Positions 57,501 to 64,000 of a stretch of DNA of 64,000 nucleotides are shown in pieces; the first letter of the stretch is position 1; every line of letters starts with the position of its first letter. A program made the position numbers and the translations under genes. The DNA lies in NCBI GenBank assembly GCA_964437795.1, contig CAYTIC010000008.1, positions 61,407 to 125,406 of the forward strand, given 5' to 3'. This DNA comes from an uncultured Dehalococcoidales bacterium (GTDB taxonomy: Bacteria > Chloroflexota > Dehalococcoidia > GIF9 > UBA5629). Under the pieces are notes generated by a model. That model had not been told where the DNA came from. It saw nothing but the letters and a program-made list of their open reading frames with translations, and did no database searches.

Positions 57501-57688
57501 ATCTAAAGCTCGGGCCGTACGGTGAGAGCTACGATACGCCTGTAAGGGGCAACTGGGACGGCGGCAATAAGGACCTGGTAGGTATGTGGGACCCGTATAC
57601 GAGGCTTTTCCATTTGAATATAGGCGGGGATGGAAAATGGGAAGATAACCGGAGCAATGTCCTGGCGAATTCATTGAGTGGTCAATAG
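54569..57688 (+). CDS. STT3/AglB/PglB-type oligosaccharyltransferase with a C-terminal FG-GAP-like repeat (beta-propeller) domain
   Basis: A 13-TM N-terminal domain with a DxD-like loop (GVDAYYYMRLVD) and the diagnostic WWDYGYWI motif. The C-terminal roughly 260 aa contain five or more tandem G-D-W-N-G-D-G-x-x-E-x-G-V-W / D-x-N-G-D-G repeats. Confidence 0.7.
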   Translation: MALKKIPSWVIVLLLLIVIVSLALWLRVVLPYNQVFVGDWVKMTGVDAYYYMRLVDNLMKHFPHVTQFDPYLQFPGGWNTGGSPDFFAYFMGGIIWLVSLGQANQHTVDVISVYIPPLLAVLTILAVFVIGVLLGSKWLGLMSAGLLAIIPGEFLNRSLLGYTDHHIAEVLFSTCIMLFVFLAIRAGRGRRFEDSIKGGWQGIGKPVLFGILAGLFMGVYMLTWAGALMFALIIFIFIVVQAVIDHLNDRPSDYLGILGFCMFGTALALYLPWARGTMTILALVAGLLVSVLLPFLSRLMNGRRLKTFYYPVAIVGLAVLGTFLVALISPSLLQDMLGSLASIFVWPFGTTVMEMQPLLIQQGDFTFAVALGNYMLAFFVSLVCIGVLFYQVIKQGQPDKALLLIWSIIILLSALSMRRYAYYFAVNVALLTGYLCWIPLNALIKKREASSAAVAAVKASSRGKKASAKRARQAKPAKQGNYAIVILLAAILLLVYYPNIGPMPDGQKPAIDLATRPLFAPSNAWCEAVDWLRTSTPEPFGKSDAYYGLYKPVKAQGGFEYPAGAYGTLAWWDYGYWIARIGQRPPLTNPGTGDIGAAYFFTAQDGPSAARSINNFGTRYVVVDNEIAAYEGKFYALAALSGSSYTRYYDLFIKKQNNQYVSSMLFYPEYYRTTVARLYNFDGKAVAPDSVSVIEFRMVTGQDGARYKEIIDEKEFGSLEAAQKFISENKNKNYIIAGKDVNVSPVPLDELKDFSLVYSSNRKVSTGSKTQPNIKIFEYKRDAVPLTGDWNGDKKAELGLWQSDGYFKLDKNGDGSPVKVGPFGYSTDVPLVGDWNGDGRDEIGVYRPSDLCFYLDYNGNGAWDGENGDKKLGPFGFAFTDIPVAGDWNGDGTCEIGVWHHAQGETDCYFYLDVNGDGKWDPANKDVKIGKLGKAGDVPIAGDWNGDSRDEVGVWEPSSRYFYLEKDGKGVSDAAGENLKLGPYGESYDTPVRGNWDGGNKDLVGMWDPYTRLFHLNIGGDGKWEDNRSNVLANSLSGQ

Positions 57689-57737
57689 TCCCGGTGAAGC
57701 GGGAGGATGGATTAATATCCGGTGGGTTTTCTGTCAT

Positions 57738-59225
57738 ATGAGCAATCGACCGATAACGGATCCTCAAAAATTTGCCGGCGATATCTTTTGGGTCGCCGCT
57801 TCAAATTTTGCCGTGCCCCTGGTTGGATTAATTACGCTCCCCGCCATGACGAAGAACTACGCAGATGAAGTATATGCCGTGTGGATGCAGTCTATTTTGG
57901 CGGTCGGGCTCCTGGCATTTATCGTAAGTTTATACCTGGGATACTCTGTAGTAAGGTTCCTGGCTGCTGAGGATGATAAAGCAGTGCGGAGGCGCGCACT
58001 GGGAGCAATATTGTGGCCCACTCTTGCAGTCTCATCCCTGTCCATCGTTATTTCGATATTGCTCCGGCAGTGTTTCTCTCAAATTCTGTTCGGCAATTCT
58101 GATTATGCTTACCTCGTCCCGTTAGTTTTTATCTGGTCCGCGGCTGAGGCCGTATTTTCAATTTTAGTCGCCTATTTGCTGGCAAGGCGCAGGATCAAGG
58201 CCATGTCCATTATCCAGATAGGCCTGGCAGTGTATAGAATGGCTGTTATAGTCATACTGGCAACATTGGGATACGGGCTGGCGTGGATTATCGGATTTGT
58301 CATAGCTGGCATAATACTTGCCGTCATAGTCATTTTTTGGATGATCGTGAAGGAGGTAGGCTGTCCTCTGCCTGCCATAAAAGGATTAAATGGCTATCTG
58401 GCCCTCAGCATTCCGTTGATACCAAGCGGGATCTTTTTCTGGGTTATCAGTGCCAGCGACCGTTTTTTTATCACAAATATCCTCAGCTTGAGCCAGACCG
58501 CCATTTACGCCGCGTCTTTTGCCATAGGTAGTTTGATATTCTTTTTTTATTATCCCATCCAGTTGGTGCTGTTACCTGTTTTATCCAGGCTGTGGGAGCA
58601 AAAGGAGTCTGCAAAGGTCAGGAACTACCTGGAATATTCGAACAAGTTATTTGTGACAGTGGCCATCCCGTCAGCCGCGGGTCTCTTCGTTCTTTCACAG
58701 CCGATACTGGCAATTCTCACCACACCTGACTATTTAGCCGGGGGCGGCCTGGTTCTGTTGATCGCCCTGGCAACCATACTGAACGGTTTATATCAAATTA
58801 ACTGTTCAGTAATCTTTCTGGTCAAGCAGACCAGATGGCTGATGCCTATTATAGCTACAGCCGCAATTGCCAATGTCGGTCTTAACCTGGCTTTGATTCC
58901 ACTTCTCGGCGTAACGGGAGCCGCAATTGCCGCCGTTATAGCTTATTTGATTCTGTCGGTCACCATAACGGTTTGGGCGAGAAAGGTAACCGGCTTCACC
59001 GTAAGTATTAAATTTATGGTCAAGGTTGTCGTGGGCGCGTTGTTGATGGCCGGGATAGTCAGTTTCATTCAAATAGGCGGTATATTGGGTATAATCGCTG
59101 TAGCTGCTGCCGGCGTGATCATATTCGCATTATGGATGTGGCTGACAAGGGCTTTTGTACCGGAGGATATCAAGCTCATCAGGGAGATTGCTGCCGGGTT
59201 AAGGCAGGGCACACTGCTGAGATGA
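57738..59225 (+). CDS. Wzx-type oligosaccharide flippase (polysaccharide biosynthesis protein; MOP superfamily)
   Basis: About 14 TM helices with the MATE-like/Wzx pattern. The start ATG at 57738 (MSNRPI) sits in a CATATG context. Confidence 0.65.
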   Translation: MSNRPITDPQKFAGDIFWVAASNFAVPLVGLITLPAMTKNYADEVYAVWMQSILAVGLLAFIVSLYLGYSVVRFLAAEDDKAVRRRALGAILWPTLAVSSLSIVISILLRQCFSQILFGNSDYAYLVPLVFIWSAAEAVFSILVAYLLARRRIKAMSIIQIGLAVYRMAVIVILATLGYGLAWIIGFVIAGIILAVIVIFWMIVKEVGCPLPAIKGLNGYLALSIPLIPSGIFFWVISASDRFFITNILSLSQTAIYAASFAIGSLIFFFYYPIQLVLLPVLSRLWEQKESAKVRNYLEYSNKLFVTVAIPSAAGLFVLSQPILAILTTPDYLAGGGLVLLIALATILNGLYQINCSVIFLVKQTRWLMPIIATAAIANVGLNLALIPLLGVTGAAIAAVIAYLILSVTITVWARKVTGFTVSIKFMVKVVVGALLMAGIVSFIQIGGILGIIAVAAAGVIIFALWMWLTRAFVPEDIKLIREIAAGLRQGTLLR

Positions 59226-59261
59226 TTAAATGTGGAAGCGATAATGCTGTTTGAGAAATAA

Positions 59262-60536
59262 ATGCCCAAGTTAGCCATTATTGATCAATACGTTAGCGCC
59301 GGTGGGGTGGAACGTTTCATCCACGGCCTTGTTGGGGGAATTCTGGAGCAGTCCGAATTCCAGGACTGGGACGTTACAATAATTTTGAATAGATTTAACA
59401 CTGCCGGAAATGACGTAAGGTGGCCGGAACACCTGGCCGGTTCAAATTTACAACTACGTTATTTGTTCGACGGTAAATGGGGAAAATATATTAGAAGGAT
59501 TGTCGAACCGGGAAGGATATGGGGTATACCGGGGACAGGGATTATCAGATCAGGTTTATTTTTATTGGTTGCCCGGTTGTGGATTGAATCGGAATGCCGG
59601 CGGCAGAGATATGATGTAATCTATTTTCCGGGCCCCTATCTAATCGGTTGCCCGAATATTCCCATGCCCCTAGTGACGACCATGCATGATTTCAACTGGA
59701 AGCACAAGGATCTGCATTCGGTATCTTTCCTGGGCAGCCAATTGTTGGAACTGCAAATACCCGGATGGCTTCGCAAATGCTTTCGGGCCGTTGTGTCCAG
59801 CGAATTTATTGCCGGCGAATTAAAACATTTTTATCCATCATTCGGCAGTAAGGTTCGAACGGTGCGGGTTGGGACACCTTCGGCGAATCTTATTCCCACA
59901 GATGGACAATTGCAGGCTTATAAGGTAAATGCGGAGCTGCCGCCCCAATTTCTTTTGACGGTTGGCTGGATCATGCCTCATAAAAACCAGAAGGTGCTGC
60001 TCGAGGCTTTGCATGAACTGAGAAATAGAGGTATTAAAATCCCTATTATTTTCACGGGACCTAACAGTGCGAACCTCCGACCCGGCGTTAAAGAACCGAA
60101 TCCGAAATATATGGAAGAGACAATTCAATTGGCGGATCGCCTCGGTTTAAAGTACGGTCAGGATTATTTTGGCCTGGGCTATGTGAGTGACTTCGATCTG
60201 GATTGTCTCTACAGGTTGTCCAGGGCGCTAATAGCCCCTGCACTGTATGAGGCAGGCAGTTTTCCTATTCTCGAGGCCATACGGGCGCGCTGTCCGGTAC
60301 TCTGTTCAAGAATTCCTCCTTACATGGAGCAGGATAATCTGCTGGGCAACAATTTTTGGGTATTTAATCCAAATGATGCCTCTTCAATTGCTGAAAATAT
60401 TGCGCAGGTATTGTCCAACCCTGAGCTTGCCGGTGACAGGGCAGCGAAGGCCGCGGAAATGCTCCGGGAGAACTATAATTGGTCCAGAGCCGCTGCCGGA
60501 TACTTAGACATATTCCGAAGCGCACTCGAGAAATAA
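59262..60536 (+). CDS. Glycosyltransferase family 4 (GT-B, retaining)
   Basis: The C-terminal GT1/GT4 motif EAGSFPILEAIRARCPVLCSRIPP (E-x7-E-like). Confidence 0.7.
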   Translation: MPKLAIIDQYVSAGGVERFIHGLVGGILEQSEFQDWDVTIILNRFNTAGNDVRWPEHLAGSNLQLRYLFDGKWGKYIRRIVEPGRIWGIPGTGIIRSGLFLLVARLWIESECRRQRYDVIYFPGPYLIGCPNIPMPLVTTMHDFNWKHKDLHSVSFLGSQLLELQIPGWLRKCFRAVVSSEFIAGELKHFYPSFGSKVRTVRVGTPSANLIPTDGQLQAYKVNAELPPQFLLTVGWIMPHKNQKVLLEALHELRNRGIKIPIIFTGPNSANLRPGVKEPNPKYMEETIQLADRLGLKYGQDYFGLGYVSDFDLDCLYRLSRALIAPALYEAGSFPILEAIRARCPVLCSRIPPYMEQDNLLGNNFWVFNPNDASSIAENIAQVLSNPELAGDRAAKAAEMLRENYNWSRAAAGYLDIFRSALEK

Positions 60537-60566
60537 TAGTGATTTATAGAAGTCAGGGATAAATTA

Positions 60567-61913
60567 ATGGTTGAACATCCATTGAACATTGTCGTAGCAG
60601 CGGAGACCATCCCGGCGCTAAACTGCGGCCTGGGATATTTCCTGTTTAACGGAATCACAAAATTGGCTGCTGCAAAACCGTCCTGGCAATTCACAGTGGT
60701 TGCCCCATCGAGTTTTAAGGAACTATCCGATATCCATCAGCCCAATATTAAAATTTTATATTGGGACCTTGGTTTTCTCAGGAGAACAGTCATATCGGTT
60801 CTAAAGACTCTAATGCCGTCGACCAGGCCCGATATAACAGAACAATTCAGCTTTGCGGTGAGCCTTTTATCCCGTCGCATGCCGTTCCGCCGGATGCGGG
60901 CCAGTATGGGTGATCTCAAGTCCATTTACGGATCATTCAAAAATGTGGACCTGGTATGGATGCCGCACTATTCGATCATTCAGCCGGACCAGTTCGCGGC
61001 GTCAGAAAACCTGAGCACCGTAGCATGTCCAATACTGCTGACAATGCATGATATTCACCCTGTATTTTTCCCGGATAGTTGGAGCCGGGAGAGTATGCAT
61101 AGTTTCTGGAACTCATTTGTACCCTTCGCGCGTAACTGTAAAAGAATAATGACTCACTCCGAGTTCCAGAAGGAAATGATGGTTAAACATCTCGGGATTA
61201 ATCCTGAAGTAATTAAAGTTGTATCGATCCCATCGCTGATCGATTTTGAAATAGTAAATGGGAAATCCAGCAGTAGTGAGATAAAGGAGGTTTTGGAACG
61301 GTTCGGCATTACTGCTCCTTTCGTCTTTTATCCCGGGGCGGGCGGGCACATACACAAGAACCACATGCGTTTGTTTATGGCATGGGCTGAGCTGTATAAA
61401 ACATTGGGTAGCACCTGCCCGACACTTGTTTGTACAACAAAGGGCCATCTCTGGCCGGCTCTCAAGGAACAGATAAATGCGCTGGGAATATCGGATAAAG
61501 TGATATTCACAGATACGGTAGACACGGATACGCTGATTAAACTATACGCCGGCTGTGCCTTTGTAATCGTGCCGACCCTCTTCGAAGGAGGTGGCAGCGG
61601 CCCCGTGGTGGAGGCGTTGCTGGCCGGGAAGCCCGTTGCCTGTTCGAATATTGCGCCTATCCTGGAGCAACTGCGTGCTTTAAACCTGGATTTAGCCGAG
61701 CGTTACCTTGAGTTCTTCGATCCTTTGTCAGTGGATTCAATCGTTCGCACAACGTTGTCGGTGATTAACAGGCTGCCTGAGCTTGAAAGCAGGGAGCCTG
61801 TAGATGGCAGGCGGGTGTTGATCAGGATGGAATCATTGTGGGGCGAATGGACATCTGCGTATACGGAGCAAATGATGGAGCTTACTGCGAAAGAATCTGA
61901 AAGGCGGTTATAA
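60567..61913 (+). CDS. Glycosyltransferase (GT4-like)
   Basis: A GT-B C-terminal domain pattern (FEGGGSGPVVEALLAGKPVACSNIAP). Confidence 0.6.
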   Translation: MVEHPLNIVVAAETIPALNCGLGYFLFNGITKLAAAKPSWQFTVVAPSSFKELSDIHQPNIKILYWDLGFLRRTVISVLKTLMPSTRPDITEQFSFAVSLLSRRMPFRRMRASMGDLKSIYGSFKNVDLVWMPHYSIIQPDQFAASENLSTVACPILLTMHDIHPVFFPDSWSRESMHSFWNSFVPFARNCKRIMTHSEFQKEMMVKHLGINPEVIKVVSIPSLIDFEIVNGKSSSSEIKEVLERFGITAPFVFYPGAGGHIHKNHMRLFMAWAELYKTLGSTCPTLVCTTKGHLWPALKEQINALGISDKVIFTDTVDTDTLIKLYAGCAFVIVPTLFEGGGSGPVVEALLAGKPVACSNIAPILEQLRALNLDLAERYLEFFDPLSVDSIVRTTLSVINRLPELESREPVDGRRVLIRMESLWGEWTSAYTEQMMELTAKESERRL

Positions 61914-61918
61914 ATAGT

Positions 61919-62596
61919 ATGAGCGGATCACATCAAGGTATATCGGTAAAATCCCGTAATATCCTGATACTGGGCGCCGGCGGCATGGCACGGGAAGTCG
62001 GCTGGCTGATCAACGATATAAACAGGGCAGGCCGGGAATCGTGGAATCTTGTCGGGTATATGGAGCATGGGGGCGCGCGGAAAGGATTATTAATGAATGG
62101 GATACCCATCGTCGGACCTGATGAAATTCGTCAGTATCTTCCTGATCTATATGCGGTTATTGCTATTGGTGATCCTAAAATTAAAGAACGGGTTGTCACG
62201 GAGGCGGAGGTATTGGGCTGCAAATTTGCCACGCTGATACATCCAAGCGTGAGATATGATCCGTCGACTGTTGTGATTGCTCCAGGGTCTATAATTTGTG
62301 TTGGCAGCATTATTACAGTAAACGTAACTATAGGTATGCATGTTATTGTTAATAACGATTGCACTGTAGCTCATGATTGTATAATAGAAGACTATGTTAC
62401 CCTTTCCCCCGGTTGTCATGTTTCGGGACATAATATCTTGCGCCGGAGTTCATTTTTGGGGACGGGATCCGTAACAGCGGAAAAATGCGAAATAGGCGAT
62501 CATGCAATTATCGGCGCGGGGGCAGTGGTGGTGTGTAATATACCCGGCAATGTCACCGCGGTAGGGGTGCCTGCAAAACCTGTAAATAATAAATAG
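61919..62596 (+). CDS. Sugar N/O-acetyltransferase of the PglD/NeuD hexapeptide-repeat family
   Basis: The N-terminal Rossmann-like ILILGAGGMAREV followed by left-handed beta-helix hexapeptide repeats. Confidence 0.7.
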   Translation: MSGSHQGISVKSRNILILGAGGMAREVGWLINDINRAGRESWNLVGYMEHGGARKGLLMNGIPIVGPDEIRQYLPDLYAVIAIGDPKIKERVVTEAEVLGCKFATLIHPSVRYDPSTVVIAPGSIICVGSIITVNVTIGMHVIVNNDCTVAHDCIIEDYVTLSPGCHVSGHNILRRSSFLGTGSVTAEKCEIGDHAIIGAGAVVVCNIPGNVTAVGVPAKPVNNK

Positions 62597-62689
62597 CAAC
62601 TGATTGTTTCATGTAATATTATTGCGAAAAGTGCTAAGGTGGGCCTTCATTGGGAGGCGTGAAATGATTGTCTCAACAGGGTATTAGAT

Positions 62690-63808
62690 ATGCGAAAAAA
62701 GATTTCAGTGGCAAGTCCGTCATTTGCCGGAAATGAAAAAAAATATGTGAAGGACTGTATGGATACCGGCTGGATATCCTCCGCCGGCAAATATGTGGGG
62801 GAATTCGAGACAAAGTTCGCTGATTTTTGTAACGTTAAAAATGCATTGACCTGCTCAAATGGCACAGTTGCGCTGCATCTTGCGCTCAGGGCATACGATA
62901 TTGGCCCTGCTGATGAAGTTATTGTTCCGACGTTAACATATGTTGCCACGGCAAACGCTGTGACATATTGCGGGGCCGTTCCCGTGTTCGTGGATATCGA
63001 TCCGGACACCTGGAACATCGATGCGGGGAAAATCGAGGAAAAAATCACCCCGAAGACCAAAGGTATAATTGTTGTTCATATTTATGGACATCCGGTGGAT
63101 ATGGACCCGATATTAAAAATAGCGGAAAAACATAATCTTTTTGTTATTGAGGACGCAGCAGAGGCACATGGAGCTCTCTACAAAAATCGAGTCGCCGGCG
63201 GTATTGGGGATATCGGGACCTTCAGCTTTTTCGGCAACAAGCTGATCACAACAGGCGAGGGCGGGATGATAACAACCGATAATGACGAATTGGCTGCCAA
63301 GATGCGGTTGTTGAAAGGGCAGGGCGTTGATCCCGATCGTAGATACTGGTTTCCCGTAGTCGGCTATAACTACAGGATGACAAACATACAGGCAGCTATC
63401 GGATTGGCCCAATTAGAGAAAATAGAGTGGCACATTAAGAGGAGAAGGCAGGTCGCCGATTTATACTACAAGCATTTGGGCGGCCTTGCCGATTTTATAA
63501 TTCTGCCAGTGGAAAAAGAATGGGCCAGGAATTCATTCTGGATGTTCACCATAATCCTGAAAGATACCGTTAAGATGTCCCGGGACGGGTTCATGGATGA
63601 GCTGCAAAAGCTCGGGATTGAAACGAGGCCTGTTTTCCATCCCATGCATGTCTTGCCGCCGTACAGGGAGCTTCAGAAAGGTGACCATTTCCCTGTTGCG
63701 GATAAGGTTAGCAGCCGGGGTTTAAATATACCCACTCACGCCAACCTCAGTGCAGCGGATATTGAATATGTGTGTGACGCTGTCAGGAAGCTTCTGTCCG
63801 GCAGTTAA
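62690..63808 (+). CDS. DegT/DnrJ/EryC1/StrS-family PLP-dependent sugar aminotransferase (PglE-like)
   Basis: TLTYVATANAV, DAAEAHGA and the lysine motif FSFFGNKLITTGEGGM. Confidence 0.85.
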   Translation: MRKKISVASPSFAGNEKKYVKDCMDTGWISSAGKYVGEFETKFADFCNVKNALTCSNGTVALHLALRAYDIGPADEVIVPTLTYVATANAVTYCGAVPVFVDIDPDTWNIDAGKIEEKITPKTKGIIVVHIYGHPVDMDPILKIAEKHNLFVIEDAAEAHGALYKNRVAGGIGDIGTFSFFGNKLITTGEGGMITTDNDELAAKMRLLKGQGVDPDRRYWFPVVGYNYRMTNIQAAIGLAQLEKIEWHIKRRRQVADLYYKHLGGLADFIILPVEKEWARNSFWMFTIILKDTVKMSRDGFMDELQKLGIETRPVFHPMHVLPPYRELQKGDHFPVADKVSSRGLNIPTHANLSAADIEYVCDAVRKLLSGS

Positions 63809-63840
63809 GCAGGAGAACAAGAGAAGTAGTAATAGTCACC

Positions 63841-64000
63841 ATGCATATTGTAGTGGATGCCCTTCCCGTTAACGCCAGGCCGTGGACCGGCATATCTCTC
63901 TACATTCTCAATTTGCTGAAGTCCCTGGCCGAATTTGATAAAAAAAATGAATACACTGTTTATTGCATGAGATATAACCTCCGTGATTTTGGTATTGAAA
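63841..64000 (+). CDS. Glycosyltransferase (GT4 N-terminal domain), truncated by the window end
   Basis: MHIVVDALPVNARPWTGISLYILNLLKSL is typical of a GT4 N-terminus. Partial. Confidence 0.45.
   Translation, partial: MHIVVDALPVNARPWTGISLYILNLLKSLAEFDKKNEYTVYCMRYNLRDFGIE

Overview
This window looks like a Chloroflexi/Dehalococcoidia-type chromosome segment; that taxonomic guess rests on gene content only. Three different things are in it.

(1) Positions 1200-18700 are an AT-rich integration hotspot anchored on a four-tRNA cluster (Val-Leu-Arg-Val). The 3-prime part of tRNA-Val(TAC) recurs three more times as a direct repeat (about 14692-14807, 16877-16991 and 18648-18677). These repeats bound a nested or tandem set of integrative-element segments. 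The cargo includes two paralogous AlpA/excisionase-like genes plus a third as a fragment, a 900-aa single-chain restriction-modification (RM) enzyme, a prim-pol/helicase replication gene flanked by 9-bp iteron-like repeats, a tyrosine integrase, a two-gene Thoeris-type-II-like defence pair, and a 2.2-kb cassette of two uncharacterised genes bounded by 116-bp direct repeats.

(2) Positions 18700-46300 are core-like genes, including an ArsR-linked sulfur-relay cluster and two large surface proteins, with a tRNA-Ala at 35662-35737.

(3) Positions 46350-54450 are a minus-strand cobalamin salvage and transport operon (btuFCD-cbiB-cobD-cobO-cobT-cobS-cobU) behind a cobalamin riboswitch with an intrinsic-terminator expression platform. 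Diverging from it at 54520 is a pgl-like N-glycosylation locus. Its STT3/AglB-type oligosaccharyltransferase (WWDYG motif) carries a C-terminal array of FG-GAP-like repeats and is followed by a Wzx-type flippase, two GT4 glycosyltransferases, a PglD-like acetyltransferase and a PglE-like aminotransferase.

The items I would look at again first are the Thoeris-II-like pair, the repeat-bounded two-gene cassette, the single-chain RM enzyme and the OST-FG-GAP fusion. All calls come from reading the sequence and the supplied ORF translations; no database search was run.
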